From the NCBI GenBank assembly GCA_032718475.1, contig JAUCBJ010006607.1:1-40435 (forward strand): a DNA stretch of 40,435 nucleotides, in the 5' to 3' direction. Source of the stretch: Nemertoderma westbladi (lineage: Eukaryota > Animalia > Xenacoelomorpha). Shown in pieces: positions 11,677-24,559 of the stretch; position 1 is the first letter of the stretch, and each line of letters opens with the position of its first letter. The notes beneath the pieces were generated by a model that saw only the letters and a program-made list of their open reading frames with translations, searched no databases and was not told the DNA's origin. A program made the translations under genes and the position numbers.

Positions 11677-12352
11677 CAAGGCCATGCCATCGAGTTAACT
11701 GGGGGCGGTGACTGGGGGCAAGATTTTTTTTACAACAATTTGATTTTTTGATATGGGGAGAGTTCTATAAATTTTCATTTGCTGCAATTTGGTCAATGGA
11801 CGTAATCGTTAAGCTAAATACTAAATTTTATGGTAGTTAGTGTTTTAGGTAGGTTTAGCTACTAATTTCGACCCTTGTCAGCTTGTTCCGACATCCTACT
11901 TCCTTCTATAAATATTTTGTAGTACCGGTAGCTAGTTCTTATTACTATTTGTATAGAAAATGTTCCAGAAAATGATAGCTATTAATTTTTAAAAAAAATA
12001 TGTTCTAGAACAAATATTTTTTTGTTCTAGAACATAAATTCTTTAAAAAATGAATAGCTAACATCTTCTGGAAAATTTTCTATACAAATAGTAATAAGAA
12101 CTAGCTACTACAAAATATTTATAGAAGGGAGTAGGATGTCGGACCGGAACCAGGGTCGAAATTAGTAGCTAAACCTACTTAAAACACTACCGTAGCTAGT
12201 ATCTTGCTTAACGAGGAGGCTTCAAGTAGGTCCATTGATCAAATTGCAACAAATGAAATTTATAGAATTTCCCCATATCAAAATATCAAATTGTTGTAAA
12301 AAAAATCTTGCCCCCAGTCACCGACCCTAGTTAACTCGATGGCATGGCCTTG
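11677..12352. mobile_element. Foldback MITE, almost wholly palindromic (arms about 320 bp), TA flanks
   Basis: caaggccatgccatcgagttaact...gactgggggcaagattttttttacaacaatttg mirrored at the right end (…agttaactcgatggcatggccttg); inserted at a (TA)n tract; centre holds TGTTCTAGAACA palindromes. Confidence 0.92.
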
Positions 12353-12578
12353 TATATAGTGCGCCTTGTATACAACACCAGTTAGGCATAAATGTTAATA
12401 AATAAATTGAATGATTCTCTGATAAAAATATAAGATTTCGGTATGGAGTTAGCCTGTGCAGCAAAAGGTGTGCACAAAACACACTAGTACCTAGTAAATT
12501 TGCTTAATAATTTTAACTAGCTAGTATTACTAATAGATAATGTTCTAGAACATTATCTACTAAGAGTACGGTTCTATA

Positions 12579-12975
12579 CACTATGTCCTTGAATATAGTG
12601 TCGTTATTCTGGTACATGCCCAGTGCCCACCCCCCCCCCCCCCCATATTTTTCTACAAATCTTAATGATATTGCATGAAATTTAATTAGATAAGGTGTAA
12701 TTCAACTCCTCCTCCGTGGGAGAGTCAGAATTTTGTTGCTCTCCCAGCGTTTAAAAAAGGGTGTCTCAGTCGATATTGCGCCAGTCGTATAGCAGATATT
12801 CCTAAACCTTATAGCAAGCAATTCGTTGGTACTGATGGAAAGCTAGTCATGCAAGGAGTCAAACTATGTAACACAACCTGAATTTCGTCATACAATTATA
12901 GCTGAGATATAAGCGTTTTTCGCGGTTTTGCAGCTGCGCTGATATTCTATTTAATAAATACACCTTATTCTGGAT
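12579..12975 (+). mobile_element. Diverged single arm of the foldback family at 13237-14123
   Basis: TA-cactatgtcc...gaatatagtgtcgt...polyC...tttttctacaaatcttaatga.attgcatgaaattt colinear with 13237-13640. Confidence 0.75.
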
Positions 12976-13236
12976 CAATTTGTTTAGGTGCGAATATCTA
13001 CAATAAGTCATTGCATGATTAATTAATGAGGTAGTGTTTTCCCGCTTTTAGACCTTTAACAGTTTAACGTGCTAATTTATGTGTCATATGTTGCCTGACA
13101 GCCCGTACAAAATATTGACACAGCCGAAGCCAGTCTAACGCGGCGTATGACCCACCGGATGTGGGAGACCGAATTCTATGGCAGAGAGAGGGGTAAGCTA
13201 CTTTGTATTATTCGATTGATCTCTACTATATACATA

Positions 13237-14123
13237 CACCATGTCCCAGAATATAATGTCGTAATTCAGTGACACCCCCCCCCCCCCCATAATTTTTCTA
13301 CAAATCTTAATGAGATTGCATGAAATTTGAAACAGAGATAGTTTCACCTCCCGACCACTGACTGGGTGAGCCAGAATTTTTATTTTTGCTTTCAATCTTT
13401 AGCTACAAGCGTTTAAAAAAAGTGTCTCCAGCGATATTACACCAGTTACACCGCAGTTATTCTTCTACCTTATAGCTGTTTGTTGGTACCAATGGAAAGC
13501 TGGCCATGCAAGGATTCCAAATATGTAACACAATTTGAATTTCGTTGAAAAATAGCTGAGATATGAGCGTTCAAATGTTGCATGGTTTTGCACTGGCGTG
13601 AGGCTATTATATTCTATTTAATAAATAAACCATATTCTGGTACATTTTTTAAATGTATGAATAGCTACATAATAGTATGATTAAAGATGTAATGCATTGT
13701 TGCCCAGCTACGTATTTGGATAAACAAAATATTCCAGATTATGATGTTTTTATTAAATAGAATAAAATAGCCTCGCATAGGTGCATAACCATGCAAAATT
13801 TAAACGCCCATATCTCCGCTATTGTTCAACGAAATTCAAATTGTGTTACATATATGGAATCCTTGAAAGGTCAGCTGTCTATAACTATAAGGTTGAAGAA
13901 TAACTGCGGTGTAACTGGTGAAATATCGCTGGAGACAGTTTTTTTAAACGCTTGTAGCTAAAGATTGAAAGCAAAAATAAAAATTCTGGCTCACCCAGTC
14001 AGTGGTCGGGAAGTGAAACTATCTCTGTTTCAAATTTCATGCAATCTCATTACGATTTGTAAAAAAAATTAGGGGGGGGGGGGCATGTCACTGAATTACG
14101 ACACTATATTCTGGGACAACGTG
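13237..14123. mobile_element. Foldback MITE of Tc1/mariner type (arms about 400 bp, TA TSD)
   Basis: Left TA-caccatgtcccagaatataatgtcgtaattcagtgaca; right tgtcactgaattacgacactatattctgggacaacgtg-TA; inverted similarity continues to a central spacer near 13640-13730. Confidence 0.92.
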
Positions 14124-14336
14124 TAATCTCCAAAAACAATGTTTATTTTCAGGGAAATACCAACAATTCCTTTAGGTGCTGCGCTTTAAATATCAGACAG
14201 AGTTATGACTTATACTAATTACAACGGATGACAATGAGATAACACAAATGTTTACACATTCTTTAGGAATGTATTGTAAGCGGATTCAATTCCACTTCAT
14301 TACCCACCAGAAAATGGGCTAGTGGCATTTTAGCAA

Positions 14337-14827
14337 TGTTGGGGATACGAGATTATCAATATCAATCTCGTATCATAACCAACATTGGGGGGGGGGGGGG
14401 GACACATGCCCCGAAGCCACATAGAAAGGAAGGTTAGAGGTCAAACCACCTCGGAGGGAACACAGCTAGTAGAGGCTAGCAGCGGGGGGAAACACTCCCA
14501 GAGAGTGCCAAGGTGACAAGTAGTATATTAGCCAATAGAAGGGAGGGAAGCACGTGATAGGGAACAGCAAAGCATCCATTGGGTAGAAGGCCAAAGTAGA
14601 GTAAGAAGGTGAAGCAATATTCAATGTATTAGCCATATATTATCTCAGATTGTTAGATTAGTGCATCAGTTGTGTTATTCTGTTTAGGGCAGTCTGGTCA
14701 TAGCTATTGACCGACACCGCCATACCGGTAACTATATTCAGTTATTCTGCAATTTCTACATTGTGCTATTATCGAACGTATTAACTAATAACGAGACAAC
14801 AATAACTCTCTTTGTTTTTACCCAACG
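14337..14827 (+). repeat. Candidate 5' LTR of the BEL/Pao element
   Basis: Begins TGTTGGG, ends CCCAAC(G) as a short terminal inverted repeat, immediately upstream of the polyprotein region. No matching 3' LTR or clear PBS found. Confidence 0.35.
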
Positions 14828-15613
14828 GCCTCGGCCAAAGCTATTAGCACGATCCCAAAAGCAGAACGGTGACACGTACTCTAACAAAACCGGTCGGGAT
14901 CTCTGATCCCATCACAGTCAATAACTCCACCCAATTGTCAACATAAACTGTGACTGCGAAGAAGGAGAGGAAAGATGGTGGAACAAAGGATGCCCCGAGA
15001 TTCAGAAGGAGAGAGGACGCCGCCGCGGACCCCGGATGACACCAACCAAACGATCCGTGAGGCCACGACGAGACGGTATCGGCCTGCCACACCGGATTCG
15101 CCAACGAGGGACGATCCGGCTGCCCAAGCGGAGGGCGGCCGTCAACCACGAGAGGGAGATGAGTCGACACACGATGGCGGTCGGAGTACTGAAGTCGCCG
15201 GCCAACCGCAGGCTGAGGGCGATGGACGGCCCACCGGAACGGCGACGGTGGAGCCGCCGGTACAACGCCGAACCAGGAGAGGAGAAGGAGTCGGCAAAGA
15301 GGACGTCGGGACGAGTGATCGGCTACGATGGGCCTACAACGCCACCAAGAAGTTATTCAAGGAGGCCAGAGAAGGGGGAAAGGTAGACCAGCCTAAATTA
15401 CACCAAAGGCTAGGTGAGTCGAATAAACATTTTCGATACTTAGTCCGTTTTGGACAGGGAGAACTGGCGAGTGAGAGAGCGAGGGGGGTCGCCACGGAAC
15501 TATTTAATTTGTGGCGATCCAGAGTTATAGAGCCTGAAGTAGTGTACGTAGGGCCTTACTTATTGGATGCTAGGGGAATTAAGTTAGTGGGTTGGGTGGA
15601 TCCGCACGACGGC

Positions 15614-18519
15614 GAACCCGAGGTTAACCCCAAGGATTCGGTGTCGTCGGTCAGTGAGAACCTCAGAAAGCAGGGGAAAGTTAGTAGGACAGAGAGGCAG
15701 CGGGAGTCCATCGCGACCGATAAGTCTACTACATGCTCTGCAAAAGCAAGAAGGGTGTTAGAGATTGATCTGGCGTGTCGATTAGACCTTGTGGCGCTGG
15801 ATCAGAGGGATTTGGAGAGGCAACTGGATGAGGGAACCACGTTATTAGAGAAAGAGAGAGAGAGTTGGCGAGAGAGAATAAGGAGAGGGCCGAGAGGGTG
15901 GCAAGAAACTTTAGAGAGGGTGAGGAGAGAGAAATAAGGGAGGAAAAAGAGCGAGAAGCGAGAGAGGCGAACGAGTGCAAAGAGCGAGAGGCGAGAGAGG
16001 CAACGAGGATTGAGAGAGAGACTAATGAACGCAAGGAGCGTGAGGTGAGGAGGTTTGAGAGGGATGCGAGAGAGGCAGAATTAGCGAACCAGAGTCTACG
16101 AGAGGATAGAGAGAGGGAGAGAGTGGGAAAGCATATGCGGGATGATATGCATGCCCGGTTAAGGGAGCTTATGCGATACCAGGCAAAGCAAAAGCGCCGA
16201 TTAGAACTGGCGCAGTTGGGATTATCAGAGAGTGAGGCCGGTTTGGGTAGTATTTATGAGGAGCCCGAGGTAATGGAAACATTTGTTAATACCCCACTTA
16301 CAGGCACCGGACGACAGACCCAGGACTGGTGTAACCGTATCGGCGGGGGGGGGGGGGGGGGGGGACGGGTAATAATAATACGTTAGAAGGCATTAATATT
16401 AATAGTACCGTAGTAGACAACCCTAATCAACTTTCATTGCAGGAAATAATCTTTTACCCGGTAATGATAATTCTAATTTAAATATACAAAATAATAATTC
16501 TAATTTAAATATACAAATTAATAACCCTAATTTAAATGCACAAAATAATCTTAATAATAATTTTAATTCAAACGAACAAAATAATCCTAATTCTAATTTA
16601 AATATACAAAATAATTCAAATAATAATCCGAATTCCAAACAAAATAATTTAAATAATTTGAATAATTTAGATAATAATATTATTGATGACGGCGCTATTA
16701 ATACGAATGTAGGAGACATAGGTGGTCTGGCCATCGAGAGCCTGCAAGGCCACGTAGTTAGGCAGGAAGGAGCGGGGGTGAGTCAACCTGACGGGAGCCT
16801 GCAAGGCCACGTAGTTAGGCAGGGAGTAGGGGGGGTGAGTAGACCCAGCCGCAGTAGAGACATTGCGTCGACTAGAGAGGGGCGTAGAAGCGAAGTAGGA
16901 GGTAGTGAAGTAAGAAGTGGCGAGTGGGGGGGGGGGGGGGGGGCTACGGGTGCCCCACCATGGGAGGTTAGTGGCGAGAGGGGGGGGGGGGGGGCAGAAA
17001 ATGTCCCACGAGCGTCGGCGGACAATGCGCGGGGCGAATTAGGTGAACCAAGGTTAACCCCGAGGATTCGGTGTCGTCGGTCAGTGAGAACCCCAGAAAG
17101 CGGGGGAAAGTTAGTAGGACAGAGAGGCGACGGGAGTCCGTCACGACCAATAAGTCCACTACATGCTCTGCAAAAGCAAGAAGGGTGTTAGAGATTGATC
17201 TGGCGTGTCAATTAGACCTTGTGGCGCTGGATCAGAGGGAGTTGGAGAGGCAACTGGATGAGGGAACCGCGTTATTAGAGAAAGAGAGAGAGAGTTGGCG
17301 AGAGAGAATAAAGAGAGGCCCGAGAGGGTGGCGAGAAGCTTTAGAGAGGGTGAGGAGAGAGAAATAAGGGAGGAAAAAGAGCGAGAAGTGAGAGAGACGA
17401 ACGAGTGCAAAGAGCGAGAGGCGAGAGAGGCAACGAGGATTGAGAGAGAGACTAATGAGCGCAAGGAGCGTGAGGCGAGGAGGGTTGAGAGGGTTGCGAG
17501 AGAGGCAGAATTAGCGAACCAGAGTCTACGAGAGGATAGAGAGAGGGAGAGAGTGGGAAAGTGTATGCGGGATGATATGCATGCCCGGTTATGGGGGCTT
17601 ATGTGATACCAGGCAAAGCAAAAGCACCAATTAGAACTGGCGCAGTTGGGATTATCAGAGAGTGAGGCCGGTTCGGGTAGTATTTATGAGGAGCCCGAGG
17701 TAATGGAAACATTTGTTAATACCCCACTTACAAGCACCGGACGACAGACCCAGGACTGGTGTAACCGTACCGGCGGGGGGGGGGTAATAATAATACGTTA
17801 GAAGGCATTAATATTAATAGTACCGTAGTAGACAACCCTAATCAACTTTCATTGCAGGAAATAATCTTTTACCTGGTAACGATAATTCTAATTTAAATAT
17901 ACAAAATAATAATTCTAATTTAAATATACAAATTAATAACCCTAATTTAAACGCACAAAATAATCTAAATAATAATTTTAATTCAAACGAACAAAATAAT
18001 CCTAATTCTAATTTAAATATACAAAATAATTCAAGTAATAATCCGAATTCCGAACAAAATAATTTCATTAATTTGAATAATTTAAATAATAATATTATTG
18101 ATGACGGCGCTATTAATACGAATGTAGGAGACATAGATGGTCTGGCCAGCAAGAGCCTGCAAGGCCACGTAGTTAGTACGCAGGGAAAGACGGGGGTGAG
18201 TCACCCCGATGGGAGCCTGCAAGGCCACGTAGTTAGGCAGGGAGGAGCGGGGGTGAGTTAACCCGACGGGAGCATGCAAGGCCATGCAGTGGTAGAGGGA
18301 GATGCGGGGGTGAATAGACCCAGCCGCAGTAGAGATAGTGCGTCGACTAGAGAGGGGAGTAGAAGCGAAGTAGAAGATAGTGAAGTAATAGGTGGCGAGT
18401 GGGGGGGGGGGGGCTACGGGCGCCCCGCCACGAGGGATTAGTGGCAGAGGGGGGGGGGGGGGGGCAGAGAATGTCCCACAAGCGTCGGCAGATAATGCGC
18501 GGGGCGAGTTAGGTGAACC
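15614..18519 (+). repeat. Tandem duplication of about 1.43-1.47 kb inside the BEL/Pao 5' coding region
   Basis: Unit 1 15614-17044, unit 2 17045-18514; GAACC lies at the start, junction and end (15614, 17045, 18515); paired near-identical ORFs in the track (15865/17295, 16423/17838). Confidence 0.93.
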
Positions 18520-19281
18520 GCGGCACCCGACGACGGATAATAGTAGGGGGATTGCGAATGTCCCCAGGAGCGTCCAACCTGGTAGAGAGGGAGGGGTTGG
18601 GGTCGTGAGCGGGCGAGCATCGAGACGTCGAGCCCAGTCGGAAGATGGAAGAAGAACAGTGGAGTTTAACCGGGAGGTCGAAGAGAGATCTCATGAGCAG
18701 GAGCGCTATACTGAAGAGAGAAGAAGTGAAGAGAATAGAAGAAGCATTGCTACGAGCAACCGGAGAGCGAGGACGGACAGCGAACCGTCGGTAGTTGAAG
18801 TGGAGTTGGAGAGTCAGTGGGGTCGAACTCCGGGAGATTGCTGTCGCCCCGGAGAGACGCAGCCTGGCGAGATGTACCATACGCCGGGAGAAGGGTACAG
18901 GATGTACTGGCGCGAGGACGAGGACAGAAGAGGGGATCGAAGAGAAACTTCCCAACGGGATATAGCTGCTGATCAAGAGTACGGTGGTGGCAGGGAGGAC
19001 CTCTTGGAATATTCGAGAAGATTAAACTTCAGTCCGGAGGGACACAGGCAGACTGCAGGACATACTGTAGGCCTTACTGCACATACTATAGGCCATGCTG
19101 GAAGAGATAGTGTAGGCGATAGGGTAACGTGGACGATGGGATTAGATCCGGAAGTCACGGCATACATACTGGTAGGTAGGCAGGAAGTGGATAGGCCTAT
19201 ACCGGTACCTGCACACCAGTATGACTATAATATGCAGGGATACAACATATACCCAGGGGATGGGGGAGTTATTGCCGATAG

Positions 19282-20600
19282 GTGTATGGGCCCCAATATA
19301 TTGACATCAACCCCAGTACCAAACATAACACCGGTGGGGGGGGGGGGGGGGGGGACATTCCCCCATTACAATATCAGCAACACACTCAACCGAGAATAAG
19401 AACATCGAACCCCCTGGACCAGAACAGATCGTGCGACACGGAGATATGGAGGGGGCCGTTACCCCCAATGATATATCCGACACAGAAGAAATCAACAGGC
19501 CCGATGGGCGAACCGCACCCAACAGGAGAGTCTGTACAGCATCCATCGAACCCATTAGAAGCACAGGCGATGGGTATGGCAACACTTATCGATGCGCTCA
19601 AGACCAGGATCGAGTTACCACCAGTTGAGCCATTCAAATTTGACGGGAGCAGACCGGAAGAATACCTGCAATTCCGACGCATGTACAGCAATGAAATACT
19701 AACTAAAAACCTGATGCAGGCAGAGTGCCTAAAATATTTACAAGTGTACACAGGGGGCCCCGCGTACGATATCGTGAGGCAGTATCAGGGTATCGAGAGT
19801 GGCTTCACGACTGCATGGTGGGCCCTAGACAGGGAATACGGACACCCAGCCAAGATCATCCGGCAGACCCTGAGGGGTATAACATCGGGTGGCCTACAGG
19901 ATAGTATAAAGACTTTCACAAACAAAGTCGAGAAAGCGTTAATCGTGCTAAAGACCTTGGACGCATCGAATAACATCACCACGATAGTGCAGGCACTGCC
20001 GATCTGGCTACGGAACAAATGGAGGAAGATCGCCTTCTCCACCCGGGAGAAGAAAGGTGCGGAACCGGGCCTAGAGGAAATGTCGAACTTCCTCAATTAT
20101 GAAGCAGAGTTGATCACGGACCCAGTCTACAGTGAGGATAGTCTGGGGAGGGCGCACAAGACCAAATATAACAGGCCGAAACCAGAACATAGTACGGCAA
20201 ATGCACTGCCAAAGCTGAGACAATCGCTGCCATACGCGACGATGCAGGGGACTGCTAGTCCACATGTAGCCGGGGGTAGGGCCATACCGTGGCATGAACA
20301 GGGACAAAATAACAACACAAATAAATACAACCCCAACACGCCCAGTAGGCCAAACCTAAACAATAAGAACAGTAGAGAATTAAGTATGAACGTAGGTGCG
20401 ATACGCAGTGCACTGTATAGGGATGGCTATAATCCGAGAAACAGATGCCAATTACATACGAATGCATTTCATCAAACCATGAACTGCAGGTACTGGCAAG
20501 CGTTACCTAAACAAGATCAGATGGAATATGCGAAGAAAAGTGGAATCTGTCATTGATGTGTGGCGGGCGGGCACAAGGCTGAACAGTGCAAAGAAACACC
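19282..20600 (+). pseudogene. BEL/Pao Gag core with zinc knuckles
   Basis: LPPVEPFKFDGSRPEEYLQF...LKYLQVYTGGPA...AWWALDREYGHP capsid-like region; knuckles CQLHTNAFHQTMNC and CH*C.GGHKAEQC, the latter broken by TGA at 20554-20556. Confidence 0.85.
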
Positions 20601-20659
20601 AATTAAATTCGGTCAAGGCAAAGGCCAGACGATGGCGACAAGCACCGTAGGAGCGAAGA

Positions 20660-22699
20660 AAAGGGGAACGGTACTACTCGGGGTGGTACCGGTGAGGGTA
20701 ATAGGAGAGGGCGGTCGATCAGCTACTACGTTGATGCTGGTCAACAGCCTTCACATTGGTGGAGAATTGGGTGGCCGAGGAGATAGGGTTACAGACGAGG
20801 CCAAGCAGGATGGCGGTAACTACTATCTCCAGCAAGGATGAGGTCCTGGAGATGAGGACAGGAAGGTGCGAGATATCAGCAATAGCACCGGGATGTGACT
20901 ATGGGTCGACCATCGACCCCATCCAGGTAATAGAATCGATCAACATAAACGCCAGGCGACCAACTAACATCGAGGTTGAGCAATACAGATTCCTGGACGA
21001 AATCGATGTCTCGATACTGGAAGTGGACGTCCGGAAGGTATCCATCATAGTGGGGATGGACTGTATGACGGCCCACGAGAGAATACAAACAATCTTCGGA
21101 GAGGACAGACAGCGTGATCCAATGGAAGTTCTCACACCATTCGGATGGAGGCTTAGCAGCCCAATCAAAACCAAAATTCCGTTTAGGATGTCGGAGACAT
21201 TGGGGTGCTTGTTCGCGGGGACCATGAGGGAGATGGAGGATGAAGGAGCGGAAGAGCAGCTGAAGAGGCTGTTAAGACAGGACTTCGAAGGACTGAAGGA
21301 GGCCGGGGTCGGAACCTCGGTGGAGGATAAACAGGCAATATAGAGTGTGAAGGAGTCGATGAAGTGCGACGAGGGATGGTACACCATAGGGATGGTGTGG
21401 AAACAACCAAAACTACCACTACCCGACAATAAAGGGATGGTGCCAAAGCGATCGACATGATTCGACGCAGATTCTATGTTGACGACGGGATGGAATCTGG
21501 AATTACAGTTGGAGAAATACTGGAGGCAGGGCGCAAGGTTCGCGACATCCTGAGAGGATCCGGATTCAACCTGACTAAGTTCCAATCCAGCTCAGAGGAG
21601 TTCATGAGAGCCATAGAAGACAGGCGGCCAGATTCGACCATGGACAACCCCACAACAGCCAAGGGACAGGACATGGCGAACAAGAGAGTGGAGTCTCAGC
21701 AGAAGGCGCTGGGGATCGTGTGGAACCGGGAGACAGACGAGTTCAAGTATCAACTTAGCCAGGAGGGTGCGGAGATCCACACAAAGAGAGGCTACGTATC
21801 GTGCACAGCAAGGATATACGATCACTTAGGCCTAGCATCCCCATTGTTAGTCACGGGGAAGCAGATACTAAAGATAAGTTAATAGATAATTTAAAGGACG
21901 AGTGGGATATGGAGGTCCCTGAAGAAATAAGCAAACAGTGGAGTAAGTGGACCGGGAGTTTAGAACAGATGGGGACGTACAGCATGCCACGGTGCCATGC
22001 GTGTATTTCCCAGACGGGGACATGGCGGATCTGGACCTACACATGTTCTCCGATGCATCTTTGGAAGCATAAGGAGTGGCACTTTACCTGGTATAGCGAA
22101 AGGGGGCTCATAAGCCCAGACTTGCATTTAGTAAAGCAAAGTCGACTCCACCAGATTCAGCGTCAGTCCTGAAACTCGAGTTGACAGCTGCAAGGTTAGG
22201 AATAAAAGCCACAGCCTACTTGATGGACACTATACCAAACATAGTGGAGACACACTACTGGACGGACTCCATGGTAGTGCTGGGGTGGCTGCATAACGAG
22301 AAGACGAGATACCCTATATTCGTCGCGAATAGGGTAGACGAAATAAGAGCGACAACCGAACTAGATAGGTGGCATTACTGCCCTACCGAGGACAACCCAG
22401 CAGATTTGTTATCGAGTGGCATGGCATGCCACACTTTCTCAAAGAAGGAAGGGTTGTGGCAGCACGGGCCACACTTCCTGAACGATAGATCAGCCTGGCC
22501 ACCAATGAGGAAGGTGGACCCGGGCTCAGAGGAAGTAGCACCAGAGGAAGAGGAGGAAGATTCAGAAGGGGAAGAGATATACAGTCAGATGGCAAGGGAG
22601 ATCAAGGAGGTGCCACCGAAGTCAGAAGAGCCATGCGACAACCCGACGGACAGGTTACTCAGCTACAGCTCCAGCTACACAAGACCAAGAAGTTGGTAG
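20660..22699 (+). pseudogene. BEL/Pao protease - RT - RNase H region, disrupted; most of the RT core deleted
   Basis: VLLGVVPVRV, IIVGMD, TPFGW (protease region, catalytic DSG missing); LPDNKGM..KR joined directly to FYVDDG near 21455; RNase H motifs (FSDAS read across a frameshift, WTDS, NPAD). Confidence 0.85.
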
Positions 22700-23790
22700 C
22701 ATATTGGAGGGCCTACGGGGATTTCCTTAAGGGAGTTGGCAAGGATGCCAAGAGGAAACCAAACATTGATCTGGAGGGAGCGGCTAAGGCGGTAATACGG
22801 TGTGAGCAGAGAAAGAACTACCCCGATGAAGTAGATAGAGTTAGCAAGCAAAAACATCTTCGTCGAGACAGCGAGCTCAACACGCTGTCCCCACAGCTAA
22901 ACTATGACGGGATTCTGGTGATGAACTCCAAAGTGCTGAACAACAACAGCCTAATCATCCCACCAAAACCCATAATCATTCCCAACAAATCGCCGATAGT
23001 CCACCAGATCGTTTGGGACTCCCATAAGTCGATATTATATAGAGGCACGAATCAGACCCTCACAGAGATACGGAGGACATTCTGGATCACACAGTTAAGG
23101 AAGAAGGTGAAGGCGGTAGTGGGGCAGTGCCAGACCTGCCGACGGACGAGAAAGGAGAGGGCCGTACAGGAGATGATGCCATTACCGGCCAATAGAGTGA
23201 GACAACACGACCCGCCATTCACGCACTGCGGCATAGACATGTTCGGGCCGATTAAGATTAAGGTGATGCGACACACGGAGAAACGCTACGGCATTATCTT
23301 CGTATGCAACAACACGAGGGCGGTAGGAATAGAACTCGCCCAGGATGCTACGGCATCGGCATTCATTAATGCCTTAGAGAGATTTAGAGACCGCAAAGGA
23401 GGAACAATCGCGGTGATTTATTCAGACAATGGGACCAACTTCGTGGGAGCGGAGAACGAGTTGGCAGATGCCTTCGACATCCTAGAGGGAGACGATGTCA
23501 GGGTGGCTATGAGGAGGTGGCAAGTGAAATGGGAAAGGAGGACACCGTATGCGCCACACACCTTAGGATGTGTAGAGAGACTTGTGGGTAGTTCGAAGCA
23601 TCTGATGACGAAGTTGATGAACACCCACATGGTGACAGAGGACATATTGAGAACAGTGCTAGCTAAGTGCGAGTGAATCATTAATAGCAGACCGCTATAT
23701 CCGGAGAATGACGACCCAGAATCACTAGACGTGCTAACACCGGGACACTTTCTGATGGAAAGGCCGGCGACCATCGACATGGGGGGTGTA
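22633..23790 (+). pseudogene. BEL/Pao integrase
   Basis: Zn-binding region (H...CQTC), GIDMFGP, YSDNGTNF, GCVERLV catalytic D-D-E; premature TGA at 23674-23676 followed in frame by INSRPL and LTPGHFL. Confidence 0.9.
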
Positions 23791-24053
23791 AACCCAGGTG
23801 GAAGTGCGGATAGGAGGCAAGATAGGGGCATTGGACAGGAAGACCTACAGGAGGGCTGTAGGAAAGTGCTGTCTTCTAGAAGGGGCACCTTAGAGTTTAG
23901 TTGTCCAAAAAATGTTGGACTGAGGGGGGTGGGATTGAGGGCGAGACGCCCTTCCCACACAAATATAAAAAAAAATAATAATAAAATAAAGAAGTGAAAT
24001 AAATAGAAAGTTAGAAAGAGAAAGTAATAGTAGATAGTACGTAGTAGTAAGTA

Positions 24054-24559
24054 AGTAGGCAGATAGAGGTATAGGGAGTGTGGTATATAGGCATACCATG
24101 GGAGTAAGAGGGTACATAGTACCATTACTAGGCAGATAGAGGTATAGGGAGTGTGGTATATAGGCATACCACGGGAGTAAGAGGGTACATAGTACCGTTA
24201 GTAGGCAGATAGAGGTATAGAGAGTGTGGTATATAGGCATACCACGGGAGTAAGAGGGTACATAGTACCGTTAGTAGGCAGATAGAGGTATAGGGAGTAT
24301 GGTATATAGGCATACCATGGGAGTAAGAGGGTAAATAGTACCGTTAGTAGGCAGATAGAGGTATAGGGAGTGTGGTATATAGGCATACCACGGGAGTAAG
24401 AGGGTACATAGTACCGTTAGTAGGCAGATAGAGGTATAGGGAGTGTGGTATATAGGCATACCACAGGAGTAGGAGGGTACATAGTACCGTTAGAGTTAGA
24501 AGTATAGGGAGTGTGATATATAAACATACCACGGGAGTAAGAGGGTACATAGTACCGTT
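24054..24559. repeat. 73-bp tandem repeat x about 7, each unit with two small hairpins
   Basis: Unit agtaggcagatagaggtatagggagtgtggtatataggcataccacgggagtaagagggtacatagtaccgtt at 24054, 24127, 24200, 24273, 24346, 24419 and a variant last copy. Confidence 0.95.

Larger units (their letters stand above)
14337..23960 (+). mobile_element. Decayed BEL/Pao LTR retrotransposon, 3'-truncated
   Basis: Domain order gag - protease - RT (YVDD) - RNase H - integrase with BEL/Pao-typical motifs (ALGIVWN, IYDHLGL, WTDSMVVLGW, FVANRVDEI, NPADLLS, DMFGP, SDNGTNFVGA, INSRPL, LTPGHFL); many stops and frameshifts. Confidence 0.92.

Noticed and set aside
14844-23276. Many short antisense ORFs over the retrotransposon
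   Set aside because: Expected shadow ORFs in G-rich, low-complexity coding DNA.
23418-24550. Hydrophobic minus-strand ORFs (MPIYHTPYTSICLL...)
   Set aside because: By-products of the 73-bp repeat and the antisense of the integrase.
24054-24559. CRISPR-like array of hairpin repeats
   Set aside because: Units are contiguous with no unique spacers, no cas genes, eukaryotic context.
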